A program made the position numbers and the translations under genes. This document shows positions 36,600 to 48,618 of a DNA stretch of 64,000 nt, piece after piece. The DNA comes from Anaeramoeba ignava BMAN. Lineage: Eukaryota > Protista > Anaeramoebae. The notes below the pieces were generated by a model. The model had not been told where the DNA came from. It saw nothing but the letters and a program-made list of their open reading frames with translations, and did not search any database. Numbering within the stretch: the first letter of the stretch is position 1; every line of letters starts with the position of its first letter. The stretch covers positions 62,001-126,000 of the forward strand of contig JAPDFW010000117.1 of the NCBI GenBank assembly GCA_028826165.1, given 5' to 3'.

Positions 36600-39042
36600 T
36601 TAATAATTTTGATAATTTTGTTGTTGATAGTTTTGTTGTTGATAATTTTGTTGCTGATAATTTTGTTGTTGATAATTTTGTTGTTGATAATTTTGTTGTT
36701 GAAAGTTTTGTTGTTGAAAGTTTTGATTATTGTTTTGTTGTTGAAAGTTTTGTTGTTGATTGTTTTGTTGTTGAAAGTTTTGTTGTTGAAAGTTTTGATT
36801 GTTTTGTTGGTTATTTTGATGATGATGATGATGATGACGTTTTGAATTGCTTTTTTGAGAATTTGAATTAGATGAATTAGGTTGATTTTTTGATTGTTTT
36901 TGAAGAAAAAATTGAGTCGTTATGTTTTTTTGAGATGATTGAACCGGGTTTTTTGGGATATTTTTTTGATTTTTATGCTGATAATTTTGATTTGATTTTG
37001 AATTTGTACCTTGAATATCCAAATAAATATTCATAAAAAAAGTAAGTCTTTGATCTGGTTTCCAATTTTTAAAAAAATCAAAATATTGATATTGTGAATA
37101 AAATTGAAGATATAATTGATCTAAACTTAATCCTGAATTTTGTTGGAAAAATTGTTTCAATTCATTGGAAATAAAACTTCTGAATTCAAATTTTTTATCA
37201 AAAATAATAGTGAATCCAAATGATCCTTCAAATTTCATTAATTCTTTTGAAAGTTCTTCTTCAATAGTAATCCATGGTTTAAAAACTGGATTGATTTGTT
37301 CATTTGAAACAAATTTCCCAAAAAGAGTAAACATATCATTTGCATTTGAATATCCAATTGATTTTCTTAATAAATAACTTTTTTCATCAGGATAACAATT
37401 TGGATTAATACTTGTAATTAAAGTAAGTGTCATCGATGCAACTGATTTAGTATCTCCTCCAAAACTTAATACTTTCTTAAGTGCATCTTCATATTTTTTA
37501 TCATGATATTTAAGTGCTAACATAATTGATAATAAAATTGAACATAATGAAAATCCATCAGATGATTTATCAACTATTTGGGTTGTATAAAGTTCTGCAT
37601 AGTTTTTAATAAAAGTATTGATATTCTCATCAAATAAACTTTCTTTTTTGTTCTTTTCAAAAAAATTATTAACTTTGATCGCTTTGAAAAAAGAAGAAAC
37701 AGCAAGAAAATAATAGTTTTCTTCTAAATATGGTTTTTGATCCAATTGAATTAAAACATCTTCAAAATTTTTCACTCTTTGATAAACAAAATCGAGAGCT
37801 TCATTTATATTGATTTGAGAATCAGTTTTTTTTTCATCCAAAGGTGAACCAATAAAATATAAAAGCAAAACAGCATAAGCATATGCAGTTGTAAATGCAA
37901 AAAAATGAGTGTGAGTTAAATTTGTTATTTGAAATAAATCGTTTCGAAGACTTTGGATTGCTTCATCAATATTCGTTGTGTTTCTCCAAGCAGCAATAGC
38001 AACTGGTGCTATTCTTTTTGATGCTCCATTTCCTGCTGATTTTGATGGTGTTTTGTTTCTTATTGCTGTTCTGAACATGTTTCCAGTTCCTCGAAATAAT
38101 CCAAATTGATATTTTTTAGGAGAATATCCATTAACTATCCAAAATAAATTTTCAGATGCTTCAGTCCATTTATCAAATAAGTTTCGTGAATCTAGTTTTT
38201 GATTCCTTTTATTTTTAATAAAATAATTTTAAATAAATATGAATTGAATATTGAATTAAATATTAAATATTGAATTGAATTGAATTGAATATTGAATTTA
38301 ATTGAATTGAATATTGAATTGAATATTGAATTGAATTGAATTGAATATTGAATATTAAATTGAATATTGAATTGAATTAAATATTGAATTGAATATTGAA
38401 TTGAATATTGAATATTAAATTAAATATTGAATTGAATATTGAGTTGAATTAAATTAAATAAATTAAATATTGAATATTGAATATTGAATTGAATATTAAA
38501 TATTAAATATGAATTGAATATTAAATTAAATTAAATTAAATTAAATTAAATTAAATTAAATAAATTGATTTGAATTTAATTGAATTGAATATTGAATATT
38601 GAATATTGAATATTGAATATTGAATATTGAATATTGAATTGAATATTGAATTAAATTGAATATTGAATTAAATATTAAATTGAATATTGAATTGAATTGA
38701 ATATTGAATTTAATTGAATATTGAATTAAATTAAAATAAATTCATTTGAATTTAATTAAATAAATTCGGAAAAATAATTTTAATAAATTAAATGAAAATA
38801 ATTTAAATTAAATATTAAATTGAATAATAAATTAAAATAAGATACAATAAGTAATGTTCACAAATTGAAAGTGTCATTTGTGTATCATCTGTATAAACAT
38901 AAACTTTTTCTTGTGAAATTTTTGATGATATATTTTCAATCGATTTATTTTCAAATAAAGCACCAACTGCATCTCCAACAAGTCCTGAAATTAAACATCT
39001 TCTTACTTTTTCAACCCAAAAAGATTTATTGTTTTTTTGCAT
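36600..39042 (-). CDS. ADP-ribosylglycohydrolase (ARH/DraG family) copy 1 with Q/N/Y tail; exons 39042-38846, 38205-36600
   Basis: RCLISGLVGDAVGA, YTDDTQMT, SAGNGASKRIAP, TNLTH; the second metal motif is altered to GGDTKS. Confidence 0.88.
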
Positions 39043-39941
39043 TTTTAATTTATTAAAAAGAAAAAAAAGGAAAAAAAAATGAAAAAAAATATTTTGTTTT
39101 TTATTGAAAAAGAAAATCAAAAAAAATGAAAAAAAAGATTTCTTTTGATTTAATTTAAATTGAATTGAATTGAATATTGAATTGAATATTGAATATTGAA
39201 TATTGAATATTGAATTGAATATTGAATATTGAATTGAATATTGAATATTGAATTGAATATTGAATTGAATATTGAATTGAATATTGAATTAAATATTGAA
39301 TTAAATATTGAATTGAATATTGAATTGAATATTGAATTGAATATTGAATTGAATTGAATATTGAATTAAATATTGAATATTGAATTGAATATTGAATTAA
39401 ATATTGAATATTGAATATTGAATATTGAATATTGAATTAAATATTGAATATTGAATATTGAATATTGAATATTGAATTAAATATTGAATATTGAATATTG
39501 AAATTGAATATTGAATATTGAATTGATTAAATAATTGAATATTGAATTGAATATTTATTGAATATTGAATATTGAATTGAATATTGATATTGAATATTGA
39601 ATATTGAATATTGAATATTGAATATTGAATATTGAAATGAAATTGAATATGAATTGAATATTGAATATTGAAATGGAATTGAATAAATTGAATATTGAAT
39701 TGAATATTGAATATTGAATTGAATTAATATTGAATAAAATTTTTGAATTGAATATTGAATTGAATATTGAATTAAATATTGAATTGAATTATTGAATTAA
39801 ATTTGAATTAAATATTGATTGAATATTGGTTGAATATTATTGATTTTTTTTGAATATTAATTTTATTGAATTGAATATTGAATTGAATATTGAATATTGA
39901 ATATTGAATATTGAATTGAATATTGAATTGAATTAAATTTA

Positions 39942-42900
39942 TTAATTTTGATTGTTTTTTTTATTATATTTATATGGATTGTTTTTATTATCGAATTGAT
40001 AATTTTGTTGTTGTTGATAATTTTGTTGTTGTTGTTGATTATTTTGATTGTTTTGAGGATAATTTGGTTGTTGTTGATAATTTTGATTTGATTGTAAATT
40101 TGTGTTTTGAATTTGGAAATAAGTATTCATAAAAAAATTAATTCTTTCTTCTGTTTTTAAAATTTTAAAAAAATCCAAATATTGATATTGTGAATAAAAT
40201 TGAATATATAATTTATCTATACTTAATCCTGAATTTTGTTGGAAAAATTGTGTTAATTCATTATCAAGAAATTGGAGGAAATTAAATTGATTATCAAAAA
40301 TAATAGTAAATCCAAGTGATCCTTCAAATTTCATTAATTCTTTTGAAAGTTCTTCTTCCATATCAATCCATGGTTTTAAAACTAAATCAGAAGGTTCATT
40401 TGCAACAAATTTCCCAAAAACAGTAAACATATCATTTGCATTTGAATATCCAATTGATTTTCTTAATAAACTACTTTTTTCATCAGGATAACAATTTGAA
40501 TTAATACTTGTAATTAAAGTGAGTGTCATTGTTGCAAGTGTATCTGTATCTCCTCCAAAACTTAATACTTTCTTAAGTGCATCTTCATATTTCTTATCAT
40601 GATATTTAAGTGCTAACATAATTGATAATAAAACTGAACATAATGAAAATCCATCAGATGGTTTATCAACTTTTTGGTTTGTATAAAGTTCTGCATTGTT
40701 TTTAATAAAATTCCCAACATTAAGATCAAATGAATTTTCTTTTTTGTTCTTTTCAAAAAAATTATCAACTATAATTAATTTGAAAAAAGAAGAAACAACT
40801 GAAAAATAACTTGGATCTTCTAATTCAGGTTGATTGGAAGATTTCATTAAATATTCTTCATATTCAAAAACTTTTTGATAAACAAATTTGAGAGTTTCAT
40901 TTATATTGACTTGAGAATCAGTTACTTTTTTCTTAAAAGGTGAACCAATAAAATATAAAAGCAAAACAGCATAAGCATATGCAGTTGTAAATGCAAAAAA
41001 ATTAGTGTGAGTTAAATTTGTTATTTGAAATAAATCATTTTGAAGACTTTGAATTGCTTTATCAATATTCTTTGTGTTTCTCCAAGCAGCAATAGCAACT
41101 GGTGCTATTATTTTTGATGCTCCATTTCCTGCTGATTTTGATGGTGTTTTGTTTCTTATTGCTGTTCTGAACATGTTTCCAGTTCCTCGAAATAATCCAA
41201 ATTGAAATCTTTTAGGAGAATATCCATTAACTATCCAAAATAAATTTTCAGATGCTTCAGTCCATTTATCAAATAAGTTTCGTGAATCTAGTTTTTGATT
41301 CCTTTTATTTTTAATAAAATAATTTTAAATAAATATGAATTGAATATTGAATTGAATATTGAATTGAATATTGAATATTGAATATTAAATATTGAATTAA
41401 ATATTGAATATTAAAAATATTGAATATTGAATATTGAATATTGAATTGAATTGAATATTGAATTGAATATTGAATTGAATATTGAATATTGAATATTGAA
41501 TATTGAATTGAATTGAATTGAATTGAATATTAAAATTGAATATTGAATATTGAATTGAATTAAATATTGAATATTGAATATTGAATATTGAATATTAAAT
41601 ATTGAATTTAAAATTTGAATATTGAATATTGAATATTGAATAAATGAATATTGAATATGAATATTGAATATTGAATATTGAATATTGAATATTGAATATT
41701 GAATATTGAAATGAATATTGAAATTGAATTGAATATTGAATTGAATATTGAATGAATTGAATATGGAATGAATATGAATGAAATTGAATATTGAATAATA
41801 TTGAATCGAATATTGGGTGAATATTGAATATTGAATTGAATCGAATTGAATATTAAATGAATAAAATTAAAATTGAAATCGAATTGAATATTGAAATGAA
41901 TATTGAATTGAATATTGAATATTGAATATTGAATTGAATATTGAATATTGAATATGAAATTGAATTAAATATTGAATTGAATATTGAATTGAATATTGAA
42001 TTGAAATTGAAATTGAATATTGAATTGAATATTGAATTAAATATTGAATTAAATTGAATATTGAATTGAAATATTGAATTGAATAAATTTGAATTTTGAA
42101 TTGAAATTGAAATAAATTCGGAAAAATAATTTTAATAAATTAAATGAAAATAATTTAAATTAAAATTAAATTGAATAATAAATTAAAAATGAAGATACAA
42201 TAACGAATAATGTTTGAAATTGAAAAAATTGAATATTTTGAATATCATCTGAATATAAACATAAACTTTTTCTTGTGAAATTTTTGATGATATATTATCA
42301 ATTGAATTTATTTTCAAATAAAGCACCAACTGAATATTGAACAAGTCCTGAAAATTAAACATCTTCTTACTTTTTCAATTAAAAAAGATTTATTGTTTTT
42401 GCATTTTTAATTTATTAAAAAGAAAAAGGAAAAATGAAAATAAATATTTTGTTTTTATTGAAAAAGAAAATCAAAAATGAAAAAGATTTCTTTTGATTTA
42501 ATTGAAATTGAATTGAATTGAATATTAAATTGAATATTGAAATTAAATAAAATTAAAATTGAAAATTGAATTTGAATTTTAAAATTGAATATTGAATATT
42601 GAATATTGAATTGAATTGAATTGAATTGAATTGAATTGAATTGAATTGAATATTGAATTGAATTAAATTGAATATTGAATTGAATTAAATTGAATTGAAT
42701 ATTGAATATTGAATATTGAATATCGAATATTGAATATTGAATATTGAATTGAATATTGAATATTGAATATTGAAATTTGAATTGAATTGAATATTGAATG
42801 AATTGAATTAAATTGAATATTGAATTGAATTAAATTGAATTGAATATTGAATATTAAATTGAATTGAATTAAATTAAATAAATTCATTTGAATTAAATTA

Positions 42901-43232
42901 AATAAATTCATTTGAATTAAATTAAATAAATTCATTTGAATTTAATTAAATAAATTCGGAAAAATAATTTTAATAAATTAAATGAAAATAATTTATATTA
43001 AATTTTAAATTGAATATTAAATTAAAATAAGATACAATAAGTAATGTTCACAAATTGAAAGTGTCATTTGTGTATCATCTGTATAAACATAAACTTTTTC
43101 TTGTGAAATTTTTGATGATATATTATCAATTGATTTATTTTCAAATAAAGCACCAACTGCATCTCCAACAAGTCCTGAAATTAAACATCTTCTTACTTTT
43201 TCAACCCAAAAAGATTTATTGTTTTTTTGCAT
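39942..43232 (-). CDS. ADP-ribosylglycohydrolase copy 2; exons 43232-43036, 41301-39942
   Basis: GDAVGA, YTDDTQMT, GNGASKIIAP, GGDTDT; same phase-2 intron as the other copies. Confidence 0.88.
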
Positions 43233-43420
43233 TTTTAATTTATTAAAAAAAAAAAGAAAAAAAAAAAAGGAAAAAAAAATGAAAATAAGTATTTCGTTTT
43301 TTATTGAAAAAGAAAATCAAAAAAATGAAAAAAAATGAAAAAAAAAAGATTTCTTTTGATTTAATTTAAATTGATTTGAATTGAATATTGAATATTGAAT
43401 ATTGAATTGAATTAAATTTA

Positions 43421-45655
43421 TTAATTTTGATTGTTTTTTTTATTATATTTATATTGATTGTTTTGAGGATAATTTGATTGTTGTTGATTATATGGATTGT
43501 TTTTATTATCGAGTTGATAATTTTGCTGTTGTTGATAATTTTGTTGTTGTTGATTATATGGATTGTTTTTATTATCGAATTGATAATTTTGTTGTTGTTG
43601 ATAATTTTGATTGTTTTGAGGATAATTTTGTTGTTGTTGATAATTTTGATTTGATTGTAAATTTGTATTTTGAAATTGGAAATAAGTATTCAGAAAAAAA
43701 TTCATTCTTTCTTCTGATTTTAAAGTTTTAAAAAAATCCAAATATTGATATTGTGAATAAAATTGAATATATAATTGATCTATACTTAATCCTGAATTTT
43801 TTTGGAAAAATTGTGTTAATTCATTATCAATAAATTGGAGGAAATTAAATTGATTATCAAAAATAATAGTAAATCCAAGTGATCCTTTATAGTTAATTAA
43901 TTCTTTTGAAAGTTCTTCTTCCATATCAATCCATGGTTTTAAAACTAAATCAGAAGGTTCATTTGCAACAAATTTCCCAAAAACAGTAAACATTTCATTT
44001 GCATTTGAATATCCAATTGATTTTTTTAATAAATAACTTTTTTCATCAGGATAACAATTTGAATTAATACTTGTAATTAAAGTGAGTGTCATTGTTGCAA
44101 GTGTATCTGTATCTCCTCCAAAACTTAATACTTTCTTAAGTGCTTCTTCATATTTTTTATTATGATATTTAAGTGCTAACATAATTGATAATAAAACTGA
44201 ACATAATGAAAATCCATCAGATGGTTTATCAACTTTTTTGGTTGTATAAAGTTCTGCATAGTTTTTAATAAAATTCCCAACATTAAGATCAAATAAACTT
44301 TCTTTTTTGTTCTTTTCAAAAAAATTATCAACTATAATTAATTTGAAAAAAGAAGAAACAGCTGAAAAATAACTTTGATCTTCTAATTCAGGTTGATTGG
44401 GAGATTTCATTAAATATTCATATTCTAAAACTCTTTCATAAACAAATTTGAGAGCTTCATTTATATTGATTTGAGAATCAGTTACTTTTTTCTTAAAAGG
44501 TGAACCAATAAAATATAAAAGCAAAACAGCATAAGCATATGCAGTTGTAAATGCAAAAAAATGAGTGTGAGTTAAATTTGTTATTTGAAATAAATCATTT
44601 TGAAGACTTTGAATTGCTTTATCAATATTCTTTGTGTTTCTCCAAGCAGCAATAGCAACTGGTGCTATTCTCATTGATGCTCCATTTCCTGCTGATTTTG
44701 ATGGTTTTTTGTTTCTTATTGCTGTTCTGAACATGTTTCCAGTTCCTCGAAATAATCCAAATTGAAATTTTTTAGGAGAATATCCATTAACTATCCAAAA
44801 TAAATTTTCAGATGCTTCAGTCCATTTATCAAATAATTTTGGTGAATCTAAATTTTTATTCCTTTTATTTTTATTAAAATAATTTTAAATAAATATGAAT
44901 TGAATTAAATATTGAATATTAAATATTAAATATTGAATATTGAATTAAATATTGAATTAAATATTGAATTAAATATTGAATATTGAATATTGAATTGATT
45001 TAAATATTGAATTGAATTGAATTGAATATTGAATTGAATTGAATATTGAATATTAAATATTGAATATTGAATTGAATATTGAATATTGAATATTAAATAT
45101 TGAATTGAATATTGAATATTAAATATTGAATATTGAATTGAATATTGAATATTGAATATTGAATTGAATATTGAATATTGAATATTGAATATTGAATTGA
45201 ATATTGAATTGAATTGAATATTGAATTGAATTGAATATTGAATTGAATTGAATATTGAATATTAAATTATTGAATTGAATATTGAATTGAATATTGAATT
45301 GAATATTGAATTGAATTAAATTAAATAAATTCATTTGAATTGAATTAAATAAATTAATTTGAATTTAATTAAATAAATTCGGAAAAATAATTTTAATAAA
45401 TTAAATGAAAATAATTTATATTAAATATTGAATTGAATAATAAATTAAAATAAGATACAATAAGTAATGTTCACAAATTGAAAGTGTCATTTGTGTATCA
45501 TCTGTATAAACATAAACTTTTTCTTGTGAAATTTTTGATGATATATTATCAATTGATTTATTTTCAAATAAAGCACCAACTGCATCTCCAACAAGTCCTG
45601 AAATTAAACATCTTCTTACTTTTTCAACCCAAAAAGATTTATTATTTTTTTGCAT
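43421..45655 (-). CDS. ADP-ribosylglycohydrolase copy 3; exons 45655-45459, 44861-43421
   Basis: All canonical motifs intact: YTDDTQMT, GNGASMRIAP, GGDTDT. Confidence 0.9.
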
Positions 45656-45919
45656 TTTTAATTTATTAAAAAAAAAAAAGGAAAAAAAAATGAAAATAAG
45701 TATTTCGTTTTTTATTGAAAAAGAAAATCAAAAAAATGAAAAAAAATGAAAAAAAAAAGATTTCTTTTGATTTAATTTAAATTGATTTGAATTGAATATT
45801 GAATATTGAATATTGAATTGAATTAAATTTATTAATTTTGATTGTTTTTTTTATTATATTTATATGGATTATTTTGAGGATAATTTTGTTGTTGTTGATT
45901 ATATGGATTGTTAAATTTA

Positions 45920-48431
45920 TTAATTTTGATTGTTTTTTTTATTATATTTATATGGATTGTTTTGAGGATAATTTTGTTGTTGATAATATTGATTGTTTTT
46001 ATCATCGAATTGATAATTTTGTTGTTGAAAGTTTTGATTGTTTTGAGGATAATTTTGTTGTTGTTGATTATATTGATAATTTTGTTGTTGATAATATTGA
46101 TTGTTTTTATTATCGAATTGATAATTTTGTTGTTGTTGATTATATTGATAATTTTGTTGTTGTTGATTATATTGATAATTTTGTTGTTGTTGATAATTTT
46201 GTTGTTGTTGATAATTTTGATTTGATTGTAAATTTGTATTTTGAAATTGGAAATAAGTATTCAGAAAAAAATTCATTCTTTCTTCTTTTTTTAAAGTTTT
46301 AAAAAAATCCAAATATTGATATTGTGAATAAAATTGAATATATAATTGATCTATACTTAATCCTGAATTTTTTTGGAAAAATTGTGTTAATTCATTATCA
46401 AGAAATTGGAGGAAATTAAATTGACGATCAAAAATAATAGTAAATCCAAGTGATCCTTTATAGTTAATTAATTTTTTTGAAAGTTCTTCTTCCATATCAA
46501 TCCATGGTTTTAAAACTAAATCAGAAGGTTCATTTGCAACAAATTTTCCAAAAACAGTAAACATATCATTTGCATTTGAATATCCAATTGATTTTCTTAA
46601 TAAACTACTTTTTTCATCAGGATAACAATTTGAATTAATACTTGTAATTAAAGTGAGTGTCATTGTTGCAAGTGTATCTGTATCTCCTCCAAAACTTAAT
46701 ACTTTCTTAAGTGCTTCTTCATATTTTTTATTATGATATTTAAGTGCTAACATAATTGATAATAAAACTGAACATAATGAAAATCCATCAGATGGTTTAT
46801 CAACTTTTTTGGTTGTATAAAGTTCTGCATAGTTTTTAATAAAATTCCCAACATTAAAATCAAATAATTTTTCTTTTTTGTTCTTTTCAAAAAAATTATC
46901 AACTATAAATGCTTTGAAAAAAGAAGAAACAGCTGAAAAATAACTTTGATCTTCTAATTCAGGTATATTGGAAGATTTCATTAAACATTCTTCATATTCC
47001 AAAACTCTTTGATAAACAAATTTGAGAGTTTCATTTATATTGATTTGAGAATCAGTTTTTTTTTCATCCAAAGGTGAACCAATAAAATATAAAAGCAAAA
47101 CAGCATAAGCATATGCAGTTGTAAATGCAAAAAAATTAGTGTGAGTTAAATTTGTTATTTGAAATAAATCATTTCGAAGACTTTGGATTGCTTTATTAAT
47201 CTTCTTTGTGTTTCTCCAAGCAGCAATAGCAACTGGTGCTATTCTCATTGATGCTCCATTTCCTGCTGATTTTGATGGTGTTTTGTTTCTTATTGCTGTT
47301 CTGAACATGTTTCCAGTTCCTCGAAATAATCCAAATTGAAATCTTTTAGGAGAATATCCATTAACTATCCAAAATAAATTTTCAGATGCTTCAGTCCATT
47401 TATCAAATAATTTTGGTAAATCTAAATTTTTATTCCTTTTATTTTTAATAAAATAATTTTAAATAAATATGAATTGAATATTGAATTTAAATATTGAATA
47501 TTGAATTGAATATTGAATATTGAATTGAATATTGAATTGAATATTGAATATTGAATATTAAATATTGAATTGAATATTGAATATTGAATATTAAATGAAT
47601 TGAATATTGAATATTGAATATTGAATTGAATATTGAATTGAATATTGAATATTGAATATTGAATTGAATATTTAATATTGAATTGAATATTGAATTGAAT
47701 ATTGAATTGAATATTAAATAAATATGAATTGAATATTGAATTGAATTGAATATTGAATTAAATATTGAATTGAATTGAATATTGAATATTGAATTGAATA
47801 TTGAATATTGAATATTGAATATTGAATATTGAATATTGAATTGAATATTGAATATTAAATATTGAATTGAATATTGAATTAAATATTGAATTGAATTGAA
47901 TATTAAATTAAATTAAATATTGAATATTGAATTGAATATTAAATATTGAATTGAATTGAATATTAAATATTGAATTGAATTGAATATTGAATATTGAATT
48001 GAATATTGAATTGAATATTGAATATTGAATATTAAATTAAATTAAATAAATTAAATATTGAATATTGAATTGAATTGAATTGAATTGAATTGAATTGAAT
48101 ATTTAATTGAATATTGAATTAAATTAAAATAAATTATTTAATTTAATTAAATAAATTCGGAAAAATAATTTTAATAAATTAAATGAAAATAATTTATATT
48201 AAATATTAAATTGAATAATAAATTAAAATAAGATACAATAAGTAATGTTCACAAATTGAAAGTGTCATTTGTGTATCATCTGTATAAACATAAACTTTTT
48301 CTTGTGAAATTTTTGATGATATATTATCAATTGATTTATTTTCAAATAAAGCACCAACTGCATCTCCAACAAGTCCTGAAATTAAACATCTTCTTACTTT
48401 TTCAACCCAAAAAGATTTATTATTTTTGCAT
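45920..48431 (-). CDS. ADP-ribosylglycohydrolase copy 4; exons 48431-48237, 47435-45920; 2-nt homopolymer deletion just after the ATG (error or pseudogene)
   Basis: Motifs are intact, but exon 1 is 195 nt versus 197 in the other copies (ATG CAA AAA TAA). Confidence 0.75.
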
Positions 48432-48618
48432 TTTTAATTTATTAAAAAAAAAAGGAAAAAAATGAAAATATTATTTTTCCTTTTTCATTTTTATTTTTAT
48501 TTTTCTCCTTTTATTTTATTTTATTTTTTCTCCTTTATTTTATTTTTATTTTTAATTTTTGATCCACTTTTTTATTTGAAAAAAAAAAATCTAAAACAAA
48601 TCTTTCAAAGAAAACTAA

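Larger units (their letters stand above)
38230..48130. repeat. GAATATT/GAATT satellite blocks in all ARH introns and spacers (38230-38760, 39160-39935, 41340-42900, 44895-45360, 47470-48130)
   Basis: Directly visible; block length varies between copies. Confidence 0.88.

Noticed and set aside
48419-48431. Programmed frameshifting or phase variation at homopolymers (ARH copy 4, SH3-GAP tail, last Ank-BTB gene)
   Set aside because: All shifts sit in A/T/G homopolymers in an assembly with other signs of poor polishing, and cannot be distinguished from sequencing error here.
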